A DNA stretch of 64,000 nucleotides from Utricularia gibba (taxonomy: Eukaryota; Plantae; Magnoliophyta), in NCBI GenBank assembly GCA_002189035.1, contig NEEC01000015.1:1798001-1862000 (forward strand), written 5' to 3'. Of this stretch, positions 1-11,736 are shown piece by piece. Below the pieces are notes generated by a model. That model did not search any database and had not been told where the DNA came from. It saw only the letters and a list, made by a program, of their open reading frames with translations. The position numbers were made by a program, and so were the translations under genes. Positions within the stretch are counted from its first letter, which is position 1. Each line of letters opens with the position of its first letter.

Positions 1-2145
1 GTATGGCTTTAGGGATTCCATGCCTTGATGGGTAGGTAGCTCTGTCTTCTTACTCTGTTTATTCAAATGTGACTTCGTTGTCAAATCTGTACCACTACAC
101 ACAGGATTGAGGAAGCTGAAGCTCAATGTGCATTACTGAATTCTGAGTCATTATGTGTAAGTGAGCTGTTAATTTAATACTGTTTTAGCCATACTCTGCT
201 TGGAATAATGAAACTGTAACTCTCATGGTTGATGGAACAAACATAATTATTAGGACGGATGCTACACTTCAGATTCGGATGCCTTTTTGTTTGGTGCAAG
301 AACAGTGTATAGAGATATTTGTCTTGGTGAGTTATAGTTTTCTATCTATTTTCCTTTCCTTAGTCTTCATTCATTGGTTTTCTATTTTCGAAGTGTAGGT
401 GAAGGTGGTTATGTTGTCTGCTACGAGATGGATGATATTGAGGCAAAACTTGGGTTCGGAAGGAATTCTTTGGTGATGTTTTCTATGAAAATTTCAGTGA
501 AAATCTGAATCATATACCCATTTCAAAAACTGAAAATTGCATGACTTGTGACTTTCAGATTGCTCTTGCCGTCCTTCTTGGGAGTGATTACAATCAAAGA
601 ATTCGTGGTTTTGGGCCTGTAAGTTATCATGGCATATCTTCCTGCTGTGATTGTTTATTCATGTAGTAATTTGACGCAATCATGCATCCTTCCTGTAGGA
701 TTCAGCATGTAAGATTGTAAAATCATTTAGTGACTCCACCGTTCTCCAGTGGCTCGCATCAGAAGGCTTAGCAACTCTGAAAAAGGAAAAGGTCTTGAAA
801 AAGAAAGACCAAATTTCCATCCGTGACAACAGGAAAAATGCTGCCCCTCCTCATCTGGGAAATTCAAAGAGTAAGTCACTGCCTGCACCTCAGTTTTCAA
901 GTTGCCATGCAGTACGTGTTTATGACTGGCGCCTGTTCATTGCATGCTGAAGTTCCTCTTCTATATAGAAAGTGACTCTGATCTGCGACCATCAAGCAAT
1001 CACGTCCAGAGTGTGATCAATGCCTATTTAAAGCCCAAGTGCCATTCTGCTGATTCAGATGCCGTTCACAGGTTCTTGAACCCCCACCCCACATCGGTGC
1101 ATCACCTTGTCACTCACTATAGCGTTTTGTTTCTCTATTTTTGTAGAGCCCTTGCTCTCTATCCTTTCAATCGCTCTCAACTACATGAGCTATGCACTCA
1201 GTTTTTTGAATGGCCTCCAGAAAAGACAGGTTTACAATTGCTCATCTGATCCCTGGAAAGCAACTCAGGTGTAAATGCAAAGTTTTTCTTGTTTGCTGTG
1301 CCTATATCAGATGAATACGTTCTTCCAAAACTTGCTGAAAGAAGCTTGAGACGATTTGCGACTCTTCGTTTCTCCTCTTCACAACTGGGAGTCGATCTAC
1401 CCGCAGATGAAGTATGGAGTTCTCGCTTTGATATTCTGTTATTATTACAACTTGCTTTGAATGCCTCATTTCTGTTATTATTACAGATACCTGTGAAATG
1501 CCCTGTTTCCCGCATCAACAAGCAAAGAAGGATGCAAGGACAAGATTACTATGAAGTTTCTTGGAATGATTTTTATGGCCTGAAGGCATCCGTAGTACCA
1601 GCCGATATTTTACAATGGTATCATTCAACTTTCCATGAATTGAATTTCATTTAATGGAGCATGCAATTGGCTGTCTTATGTTGGTACCGAAGCCTAAAAG
1701 ATGTGCTTACAGTGGCTGCCCAGAAAAGGTAGAGGAGTTCCATCAGAAGAAAGCGGAGAAACGAAAAACAACCCGCAGAGCTGGAAGTAAAAAATCTGTA
1801 ACCAAAGAAATCGATGAAAAGCTCAAGAAGCTGTTGCTGGAAATCCAACAAGGCACTCCCCCGCCTTGTCGTCTCAAGGAATCTACACATCAAGACAATT
1901 ATCAGCAAAAGAGTGAAGAAGAAGAAGAAGATGCAGTTGGCAGCAAAAACATAGGTGGTCACAGTTCATGCACAGGAATGATGGAGAAGGAGATCATTGA
2001 TCTTACAAGCCCAGACCCACGTGTAAAAGGAGGAGAAAAAGGGGGCTGCTGTCTGGTTGAGCTAAGTGATGACAGCGATGATGAGTCGCCTCAACATACA
2101 ACAAAACTCAAGGAGCTCAGAGCCTTCATATCAGGTTTAAGATGA
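1..2145 (+). CDS. SEND1: XPG/Rad2-family flap/Holliday-junction endonuclease (SEND1/GEN-like 2), multi-exon; 5' part lies outside the window
   Basis: Spliced exons read MALGIPCLDG|IEEAEAQCALLNSESLC|DGCYTSDSDAFLFGARTVYRDICLG|EGGYVVCYEMDDIEAKLGFGRNSL|IALAVLLGSDY (XPG-I E-A-E-A and D-S-D motifs, helix-turn-helix GxDY). A later segment PVKCPV..KQRRMQG..YEVSW resembles the chromodomain-like region. GT-AG introns; stop at 2143-2145. Confidence 0.85.
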
Positions 2146-2417
2146 GTCTGCGGCGTGTGTCCCCATTTTAAGGATTCTCCTCAGACACGGGAGATTTCCA
2201 TGGTACTGATATTTACATGGCCATCCCTACTTTGCTCTTGATCCGAAAAAAGTTATAACTTTAAATGTGCATCATAATCAGCTTAAAAATCCAATCACTC
2301 CTCTGGAAGTTCGGATACGAGCTTAAACCTTGTGACTGTGGACTCAAAAGACTCTGAGTCGAATACATTAAAATGTATATACAACCATCGGAACGAAGTT
2401 TGAATTTCAACCCTTCA

Positions 2418-5328
2418 TTATCTCAGAAATTTGGATTCGATTTCTTCCAAGGTGAGTCCTTTGGTCTCAGGGACAAATGCCATCACGAACACAAGGGACA
2501 CCACGGCAATTCCTCCAAACAGGAGAAAAATATTTCCAGCTCCCAGTAACTCCTGTGTAAACCAATCCATATTTCAAAACAAAAACAAACTGACATTCGA
2601 TATAAGCGAATGCGATGATGATAAGAATTCAATACCGTCAGTGGTAAGAAAGCAAAAGTCACCAAAGCATTGGAACCAAAATTCGTGAGTACTGCAAGAC
2701 TTATGCCTTTTCCCCTTGTCCGAAGGGGGAAAATCTCCGATACCATAAGCCAACTAATAGGCCCAAATGAAATCTGAATTTTGACATAAAACAGTTCACT
2801 CACTAGTACAAAAAGGGGTAATTCCAAGTATTTGACGAGCATAAAGTGAGAGCATCACCTGATAACAACCCACATAGAGAAGCAACGCGGCAACAGCCAC
2901 AAAAGGAAAGCCCCCCAAGAATTTGTAGTAGGCAGAAAGCAGCAATAGAGAGAATGCCTGTTGTAGATAGAAATTTAGAAAAATATGGGCTTTGGAAATT
3001 CAACTATAAATACCGAAGTAACAAAGGTGGTTACGCACAAGCCCTGCAACACCTCCAATTAGTAGAGGCCTTCTCCGAGGTCATCAACTTTCAGGACTGC
3101 TATTGTAGTCATCAGCAACTGTAATGACAGATTATTTTTTCAATACAATGGGAAGGGGGAAAAATTCCTTCAGGATACCAGCAGGAAACTGATCCCAAAG
3201 GTATTGAGAGTACCTTGAACAACCCAACAACAACTGAAAGCTTGGTAGCATCAGCTGCGGCACCAAAACCTGCAGTCTTCAGAAATTGAAGGAATTTATG
3301 CACTACATATTTTGGGTTAATTGAGACTGCAGTGAACAGAAAAATATTGTATGAAATGAAGAACCTGCAGAATGGAGCCTGCATAATACAGAACACTTGG
3401 CTGCCCGGTAACCTGGTGCACATCCGACAATGATTCTAAATTTCAAGATGGTTGAATCTGATGAATAAAACAAAGCACAGGAAAATAATACCAACCTGCT
3501 GAAAAAGGACCAATCCTCCACCAATTACAAAGGCTTTCAGACTTGGCCCTTGGAACACATCAAGAAAGCTTCCTTCTGACTCCTGATTTGAGTATGCACT
3601 TTTCAGGGAAAGGAGTGTATCTTCAATTTGCCTTTCTGATTCCGTAGCATCAACAGATTCACCTCTAAGCCTTCTAAAAGCAAGAACGGCTTTCTCTTTG
3701 TATTCTTCTAGTGATCCCTTGCCTTCAATAGCCCTTAAAAGCAACCATCTTGGGGATGGTGGAAGGGTCAACATGCCTAAGCCCATAATCAGTGCAATGG
3801 GAGCACTGGCTCCATACATATAACGCCATCCTCCAACAGCATTAATTTCAAGGCTACCGACAAAATAGCCTAACTGTAAGCAAACAAAGGTAAGAATTAG
3901 AAGGCCTTAAACTTTTAGTTTTATACTTAATCAAAAAAACCATCATAAGAAGAGATGACATGCCAATATTCCAAGGACTATGAAAAGCTCCTTCAGAGAA
4001 ATCAAAGTTCCACGAATTTGAGACGGGCAGGTCTCTGCAATATAAAGAGGCGCACCATGCATTGCCTGTGGAGGAGAGGATTGCAGATCAACTTCCATGT
4101 GCTGGATTGTAATTGGATTAGATTTCAAAAAATAATAAGCTAGACACCCTCACCATGCCAATACCAAGTCCATACAAAAGACGTGCAATCAAGAGTACTC
4201 CAAGTCCGGGAGCATATGCAGTCAATGATGCGCCAATCAAATAAAAGATGGACGCAATGATTAGTTCTCTTCTCCTTCCTGAGGACATAAGGCGGAAAAA
4301 AGGTATAACACAGCTTAGAATTTGAGTTTGGTGCTTTGATTGCAAGTTTTCAAACAAAAAAAAGGCATCTGAATGAGGGAATGTATTACCAAGGAAATCA
4401 GCAAGGGGGAACGCAATGAGAGAACCAAGAAGCGCTCCATACAGGGAGCCACTAACCTTAGAATCATAAAAAAAAAGCGCTTCAGTGAGAAATCACAATC
4501 TCCTTGCAAATTCACAAGGTTTAAAGCGTACCACTGAACCAAGCTCAACAGCTGACAGGTTAAACCAGTTCGTGCCACTAAGATCAGGTGACTGCAAAAT
4601 TTGACCCCCGAAAACATGTATATATTCAATAACCAATCAGCAAAGCACTATGATTGAAGAAATAATATTCGAAGAGTAGGAAAGGAATTGCCTGCAGTGA
4701 GATAGTAGCTCCTGACGTTGCACCAATGTCATAGCCAAATAATAAACCTCCCAGGGCAGGGAATAGAAAGCTGACGAGTTAAAAACCGTTAATTTCAGGG
4801 ACCAATAAATTCATTGCAAAAAAACATCACAAATGTGCACACGATTAGAATATTTTTGAAACAAGACTGCATTAATTATATGCGCAATGGCATTAGAATG
4901 AAGGAAGCAGCAAAAGAGTAACAAGAAACAACAAAAATAAAGTTACTCACGGTAAAATAACAGAAGACCACGAAAATGCTTCTTGATTGGTTGCATCAGA
5001 AGTGAGAGGTTCCCCTTCGGCCCCAACCTTCACACACAAGAAAAAGAAAAAATAAATAAATCGAGAAAACGAACAAATGAATTTCATAAAGAAAAAAAAA
5101 ATCTACCTTCGTCACAAATTCACGTTGAACCGTAGTCCGCGGAAACCGGACTCCGAATCTTCCATCATTGCCCATGAAAGAAAGGCCTTGAAAATGATGT
5201 CTGAGAGGACTTGGGCCAGTGACACTCATCACACTAAGTGCCTTGCCGCCGCCGAAGAAATGAATCGGAAATAACTTCCGAGAGAGCTTGATGCTCAGTG
5301 ACGGTGGAGGAGCGCATGTCATCGCCAT
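2418..5328 (-). CDS. pSuT: MFS sugar transporter, D-xylose-proton symporter-like 3 / plastidic sugar transporter (multi-exon; one -1 frameshift at about 3075)
   Basis: Transit-peptide-like N-terminus (ATG 5328). Motifs seen: FLFPALGGLLFGYDIGATS, GRRRELI, APLYIAETCPSQIRGTLISLKE, DDLG(RR)PLL, ISFGPISWLMVSEIFPLRTRGKG, VPETKGLTLEEIE. Stop at 2418-2420. The plastid VGT-clade assignment is inferred from the transit peptide. Confidence 0.85.
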
Positions 5329-5932
5329 CAGCAGACAACGCAATCGAGACTGTCAGAAGTTAGAGGCGTCCAAGTGTCCACCATAAACGGATTGATTCGG
5401 ATTCTGAAGCGGAGTTTTGTCGGATCTGGATAGCAAATATCCGGAGCCCAAGCCCGTAACCAATTGCTCGTTGATTACAATTTACAGCTAATATGTGCAG
5501 ACGGACCGACCCGGAAAAATCCGGGCATTTGGAGTTTAGGATTCCAATTTCCTGCATGAAGCTACTTGCTTTTCTCTCAGTTATTTGGGATTCCATACAT
5601 GAATTCCCAAAAACAGACACCGATTGATGTTTATCCAGGGAAAAGAACATATTAGTTGACAATGTTCAGGGATTTCCCCCTTCCCTGTGATGTTTCTCCA
5701 GGGAAGTATTCCACTCTGCTCCTGCTTGCTTTTTCTCTCAGTTATGGAGACAAGATTCTAATGCAGGCTTTTGTTCCAGTTTCACAGAGATGTGCACCTG
5801 CTATATCAACCATAACACAACAGCTCTCCAGATTTTAGGTGCCTTTCACATCCATGATAAGAGGGTAGTCACCCTGTAACAGTGTATCTTTGCTGTCTTG
5901 CTAAGATGTAGTTAACTGATTAATCTCCTACA

Positions 5933-7600
5933 CTATGAAATAAAATAACTTCTGCCTGTCTTCTTGACAATTCCACCATCTTCCATTTGCTTTCTAGCTC
6001 TGCGCGCATCGTTCCACTGGCCCATCGATGCATGAATATTTGCTAACAACACATGCACTCCAGACTCATCTGATTGCAGTTGAATTGCCTTCCTTATGAT
6101 ACTTTTTGCCAGTTTAACATCCCCTCTACCATGGCATCCATGTAATAAAGCTCCCCATATTGCAATATCAGGTTCTATGTCCATGGCTTTTACTAGGCTC
6201 TCTGCTTCATCGGTCCCATTGTTTCGACACAGCAAATCAACAATCAAACAGTAATGCTCTGCCTTGGGACCAGAGTTCAAACTCCTCTCTATGTCCTTGA
6301 AGATCTCCTGGCCTTTCTCCACTAGCCCTCCATGGCTACAAGCAAAGAGTGCGGAGGAGAAAGTGTGATCATTCAACTTCAAACCTCGACTCTGCATCAA
6401 ATGAAAGAGCTTGATCGCATCCTCTGCTCTTCCATGGATGGCTAGCGACTTGATCATAACGTTGTAAGAGAATACATCCTTTTGTCCAATCTTAATAAAA
6501 AGCACAAAAGCTTTATCAATTTCCCCACAGTTGGCATACATCTCAGACAGAGCTGTGCCTACTACAACAACCATCTTATGCCAGTCCCATAGCATAGAAT
6601 GCACCCATCTCCCTGACTGAAGATCGCTAAGATGAGAACAGGCTGTCAAGGCTGTAACGAATGTGAAAGAATCCGGTCTCACTCCTTCGATAACCATCCG
6701 GTTGAAAAGATCTAATGCCTGTTGATAATCTCCCTTCTTGTTGTAGATCGACATCATGGAGTTCCACGACACCACATTCCTATCCGGCATTTGCTCAAAA
6801 AGACCTCGTGCTTTTTCGACATCCCCTGCATTGGCGTAGCATCCAAGGAGGGTTGTCCATGTCACAACATTCTTCTCAGGCATCCGGCGAAACAGATCGT
6901 CTGCACTTGCTACGTCACTTTCTCTGCTATAAGCAGAAAGCATAGTGTTCCAGGTGACAACATCTTTCTGAGGCATTTCATCGAACAGTTGTTTTGCATT
7001 CGATACATCGCCAAACATTGCGTAATTCCCGATCATTTTATTCCACAATTCAACACTTTTATCCCTAATCTCATCAAACATCATCCTGGCCTCCTTCAAA
7101 CTCCCCATTTTCCTCACTCCCTCTTCTAAAAACCCCGCCTTTCGCGCATAAAATTCAAAAAAAGCAGCTCCAACCGAAAAGGCCACTAAAAAACCAGATT
7201 TTATGACACGAGAATGCAGTTTCTGGCCAACAACAAACAAATCCATATTACAACAAGCACTCAGAATGTAGGGGTAAGTGAAATTATTCGGCTCCAGCCC
7301 TCTCCTAGTCATTTCATCGAACAACTTCAAGGCCTTCACATATGGTCCGTTATAGGCGTACCCCCTCATCATCGCATTCCAAATTGCGATTCCAGAATTA
7401 GAGAACCCGCCCATTTGAGTGTAGATAAGATCCGCATACTCCATTCCTCCAAATTCCGTGCTTCGCCTCAAGAATTTGAGGCACACTAAAGGGTCTCTGT
7501 CGAGGGAAGTTGTGATGATCACTGCATGTATTTGCTTCAACTGAGTGTACAAGCATTTTTGCAGATAGAACAAGATCTTGAGCTCTAAATCATGATGCAT
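5933..7600 (-). CDS. PLS-class pentatricopeptide repeat protein with E domain, no DYW (organellar RNA-editing factor type), intronless, 555 aa
   Basis: Repeated FDEMPQKDVVTWN / RRMPEKNVVTWT / EQMPDRNVVSWNSM units; ACSHGGLVEKG; HYCLIVDLL; PDIAIWGALL; E-domain HVLLANIHASMGQW; ends near KKTGRSYFIS without a DYW domain. Confidence 0.93.
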   Translation of the reverse strand: MHHDLELKILFYLQKCLYTQLKQIHAVIITTSLDRDPLVCLKFLRRSTEFGGMEYADLIYTQMGGFSNSGIAIWNAMMRGYAYNGPYVKALKLFDEMTRRGLEPNNFTYPYILSACCNMDLFVVGQKLHSRVIKSGFLVAFSVGAAFFEFYARKAGFLEEGVRKMGSLKEARMMFDEIRDKSVELWNKMIGNYAMFGDVSNAKQLFDEMPQKDVVTWNTMLSAYSRESDVASADDLFRRMPEKNVVTWTTLLGCYANAGDVEKARGLFEQMPDRNVVSWNSMMSIYNKKGDYQQALDLFNRMVIEGVRPDSFTFVTALTACSHLSDLQSGRWVHSMLWDWHKMVVVVGTALSEMYANCGEIDKAFVLFIKIGQKDVFSYNVMIKSLAIHGRAEDAIKLFHLMQSRGLKLNDHTFSSALFACSHGGLVEKGQEIFKDIERSLNSGPKAEHYCLIVDLLCRNNGTDEAESLVKAMDIEPDIAIWGALLHGCHGRGDVKLAKSIIRKAIQLQSDESGVHVLLANIHASMGQWNDARRARKQMEDGGIVKKTGRSYFIS

Positions 7601-9347
7601 TATTCATCTCAAGATATACAACCTCCGACCCAGAAAACTTGGCACGGTCATGTGTTGTGATATTCTTCTACTGCATTTTATTTTAATTTGTTTAGACGTA
7701 AATCAAATTAATTTACGTCTAGAAAAATTGAAATTTTGATAAAATAAAGAAATATCTTTAATACAGGCATGTTATTTTTAAAAATGGATTTTAATAAAAA
7801 CTCTAATTATATTTATATTTAAAAAATCGCTAATACTAATTATAATATTTCAAAAAAATAATAGTGGGAGGAACAATATTTATTGCATTAAGAGGGATCA
7901 TGATATTTTCGAGTCATAACATCAATGAATTCGATTTATCAAATGAATTTTTTATTTTGCTATAATTCATAAATTAAATAGTCAAATTTATAAAATATAT
8001 AGTCTATAATATTAAATATCATTTCTAATCAAATTCATATTCGATGTGTATTATTTATTACAAAATAAATTTTCATATTCTAATACATAATTTAATGTAC
8101 TAATTGCCCCATTTTTATATATAAATCACTCTTCCCACATGAATTATTCAATTTGTTTAACTCATAATAAACTACTTAATCCATAAATAAAAAAAATGAA
8201 ACAACTTGAGCATTATTTTAGTATTGTTTACTTTAGATAAAACTTGGCCTGCATTGACATTTATTTAAAAAAACATATAATAAAAACAACATAGGATCAT
8301 AAAATGAAAATAATCCGTAAAAATGATACTTTTTATTTATTATCCAACTATTATCCTAAAATAGTGTCTTACATATACAAAAAAAAATCATAAAAATAAT
8401 AATTTAACAGATATTATTCTAATTTCCGTTAGACTAATTATTGTAAATAAAATATGACTATTGCCCCTTTAGCCACCCCTAGGGTGCATGGCCCTGAATG
8501 GGTCCATATGAAAAAAAAAAATAAAAAATAACTGAAAGGGTATTTAATATTATTGATGATGTGATGGTAGCATCAGGTACCTTCCCCTTGCTCGACATTG
8601 AGGCGTTATAGGCTCGTATTATAATGTTTGAAATGGATAAATAAAATGGTAACTTATAGGGATGGGGCAGGAGGGGTGCCATGTCATGCCCTACCCCACA
8701 ACTCTTGTGGATCCTGCTGAGTCAATTGTTGTAATGTATACGATTTGGAATTCTATAGACTCTCTTGTTATTAATTTATATATATATATATACATAAAGA
8801 AATCGTACGGAAGGGGTTATCAAGTCGAAGATTTTCATACTTAACATAACATATTATTAGTTCTAACTAAATATGATGATCTAAATGAACCCATTCCCAT
8901 ATTGTTCTCCACCCTATGAATATACGAAAAGGTTGAATTCCCGCACGTGACTAAAAAAGGCTCCCATTAGTGTTCATGGCGAATGCCTGCAAACTTGTAT
9001 TACAGGAGATTGTGTTATCAAGGGGGGACATCTTGCATGATGTATCCATCAACAGAGGAAAAGTAGAGATAGATTGAGTACCAGTACAAGGAAAAGAGAT
9101 GAATACTGCATCGGCTATAAGCGGGGGAGATAAGAATAAGTTAGAGTTGGGGATGCAGAAAAACCCAAAAAAATGGGTTGGACGAACTAAGAGGATGGCA
9201 AAAGAGACCCTTTTCAATACTTTCTGAAACGAAGAATATAGATGCAGATGAACCCATTTTCTGAAACAGAACATGTCTGCAAGCAACAAATTCACATAAA
9301 ATTTTTGCCCCAGCAAGTGATTGATTGATCGCCTTGTGTATTTTTCT

Positions 9348-9447
9348 GCTCTCTCATTTGTCATTTGTCATTCCACTAACATTTGCCTTGGATTACCCTA
9401 CCGACGTCACTTGAAAACGACACACGACAAATGACAAATGAGAGAGC
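9348..9447. repeat. Perfect 22-bp inverted repeat with a 56-nt spacer (hairpin/cruciform potential)
   Basis: 9348-9369 GCTCTCTCATTTGTCATTTGTC is the exact reverse complement of 9426-9447 GACAAATGACAAATGAGAGAGC. Confidence 0.95.
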
Positions 9448-9592
9448 CTCGGAATACTACTATTTTATTGTTTTACTTCTGCTGCCTGATTCTTCAGATT
9501 CCCTTCCTTTAAGTACCATATCGACTGAGCCAGGCGTTTGTCATTATCACTTCATTTTTTGTTTACCTCCCGGAAGAAAAAAAAAAAAAAAA

Positions 9593-11180
9593 CTGGAGGC
9601 GACGGGAGAAAAAAGGAAGCGTACGCATCACAAGGGGCTTTGGTCGCCGGATGAGGATGAGAAGCTCCGAGATTACCTTCTCAACCACCGTCGAGGGAGC
9701 TGGAGCTCCGTTCCCGTCAATGCTGGTGAGTTTTCCTGCCGTGTGGGCCATCCCCTTCTGCACGTTTCAAACGTGCGACATCTCAAATTTCACCTTTTAT
9801 CGATTTGTTTTAACACGAAAATTCAATCGTCAAATTCATGTAGAATTTCATTGATTTGATGTTTCTTTCTCAATATCATTTGAATTCCTTTACATCTCGT
9901 GAAATTAGGGTTTTGAAGGTTTATCGTGTCCTCCCCAGGAATAGATTATGATATCATCGTCTGGTGGGCCATGGGATTATTTTAAAAAAACGTGTATTAT
10001 TACATAAATATTTCCTCTATTGCGTTTCTCAATTGTCGGCTCAGTTAATCAGATACCGTTTGTTCACTTCTCAATTTCGTAATTTTTTGAATAAATCAAG
10101 ATGAAAAATAAATATTTTCAGTTACAGTTACAGTTTTTTTTCCTGTTTTTGAGGATTTTTTTTAAAATTAAGAGAAACAATAATTTTATTTTTAAAAAAA
10201 TATTCATAAAATTATTCAATCTAAATTTATGAATGATTTCAAACCATTTTTAAAACACGGCAATGAAGTACCAAGCATGCCGTTCGGAATGTGCCTAATC
10301 TTCCAATATTTATTTGAGATTTATTGGTAAATAAAAAAAATGTGGGTATGTGTTAGCTTCACGCGTTGAAAAAATATGATTTTTTTTCTAGTACCAAGAG
10401 CATGGAAAAGCGTTTCTGTGTTCTTGTTAGGATGGATGCAAGGAATATGTCAGCATGGGGTTTTAGGGTTTGGATCGTAAGGCCCTTTGCTGGATTAAAC
10501 GATTAGCAGTAGTAAACAGGCTCTAACCATCGTCGTTATCTGGTGCTGGAAGGTTTGCAGAGAAGTGGAAAGAGTTGCCGTCTCAGGTGGATCAACTATC
10601 TTCGTCCAGGGCTGAAGCGGGGGCCCTTTACCAGAACCGAGGATGAGCAGATCATGGCCCTTCACCAAGCCTTAGGCAACAAGTAACACAGCTCTTCTTT
10701 TTCTCGAACTACATTGATTTCTGCCCACACCAGTTCTGAGAATCGATGAGTTTACTTATGAAGTATGATGCGAATAGGTGGTCCCAAATCGCTCAACATT
10801 TTCCGGGAAGAACTGATAACGAGATCAAGAATCACTGGCATTCTTGTCTCAAGAAACTAGCCGATAATCAGTTCAGCAACACGGAATCACCAGTAGGAGC
10901 CCCACAGATCTCCCCTCCTCCGCTGCTCTTCGCCGAATGGCTCTCCAGCGACCTCTTTCTTCCGCCGTGCGCCGGGATCCCGCCTGATCTCTTCTCGGGG
11001 AACGGGATTCGGGAGCCGGGCTGCCATGGCGACCTTGGCTCGGCGGATCACGGTGGGGGCTTCGGAGTGGCTGAGGAAATGCCCTCGTTTGGGTACACCA
11101 TGGAGGAAGAGAATATGGGGTTCGGGTGTTTTCCAGGAGCGTCCTGCAACTGCATCGACTGTGAATCCATATTCTTCTAA
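9593..11180 (+). CDS. R2R3-MYB transcription factor, subgroup 16-like (LAF1/MYB18/19/45 type); 3 exons; start codon ambiguous (CTG 9593 or ATG 9431)
   Basis: Exons 9593-9725, 10553-10682 (canonical 130 nt) and 10778-11180. Protein reads [76 protein letters not shown]. Confidence 0.9.
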
Positions 11181-11300
11181 CATGTCAATACGTAATTTAT
11201 TGTAACATAAATTATGAAAAATCACAGTTATTATTACCAATAAGAAGTTGAGATTTTATGAGTTATTTTTCATTTTTCACGGTCACCGAAAGTAGAAGTC

Positions 11301-11382
11301 GAAAAAATTGGTAAAATACATCACTTCAGTATTTTAGTTTGCAAAATACATCCTTTTGGTTTTAGTTTGCAAAATACATCCT
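11301..11382 (+). repeat. MULE left TIR; its roughly 30-bp subrepeats continue to about 11415
   Basis: Unit TTTTAGTTTGCAAAATACATCCTTTTG repeated. It aligns without gaps to the reverse complement of 16321-16402 at 63/82 positions by hand count, including a 31-bp perfect core. Confidence 0.9.
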
Positions 11383-11736
11383 TTTGTATATTTAGTTTAC
11401 AAAATACATCTTTAATATATTATTTTTATTTAATAAATGTAATTAACAATTATACAAAACTATTTTTTATAAATGTTATACCATATGAATTATTTGAAGA
11501 GATCACATGGGTGGTTAAATATAAAATTATTGTTTCATTTTAATTTAATTAAACTGCTGAAAATGAATGGCCGTAGCATGCCCATGACTAATTCAAAAGC
11601 ATTTAGTTAGTTGAATATTAAATGATGTCTCAATTCCTTCTTATTTAAATTGACTTCTTTTTCATTTCCACACCTCTCATCTTCCATCTATATCCTACGT
11701 TTAGTTTCTTGCAAAAAATTGCTGCTCACAATCATC

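Noticed and set aside
7693-7721. 11-bp inverted repeat TAGACGTAAAT/ATTTACGTCTA with a 7-nt spacer
   Set aside because: Short, in very AT-rich intergenic DNA, with no TSD or partner end. It could be chance or an unrecognisable MITE remnant.
8460-8700. GC-rich ends flanking an AT-rich core, resembling a MITE
   Set aside because: The terminal inverted similarity is only patchy and I could not define a TSD.
10050-10285. Possible degenerate MITE enlarging MYB intron 1 (827 nt)
   Set aside because: The ends align only weakly and there is no clear TSD. A repeat-library search is needed.
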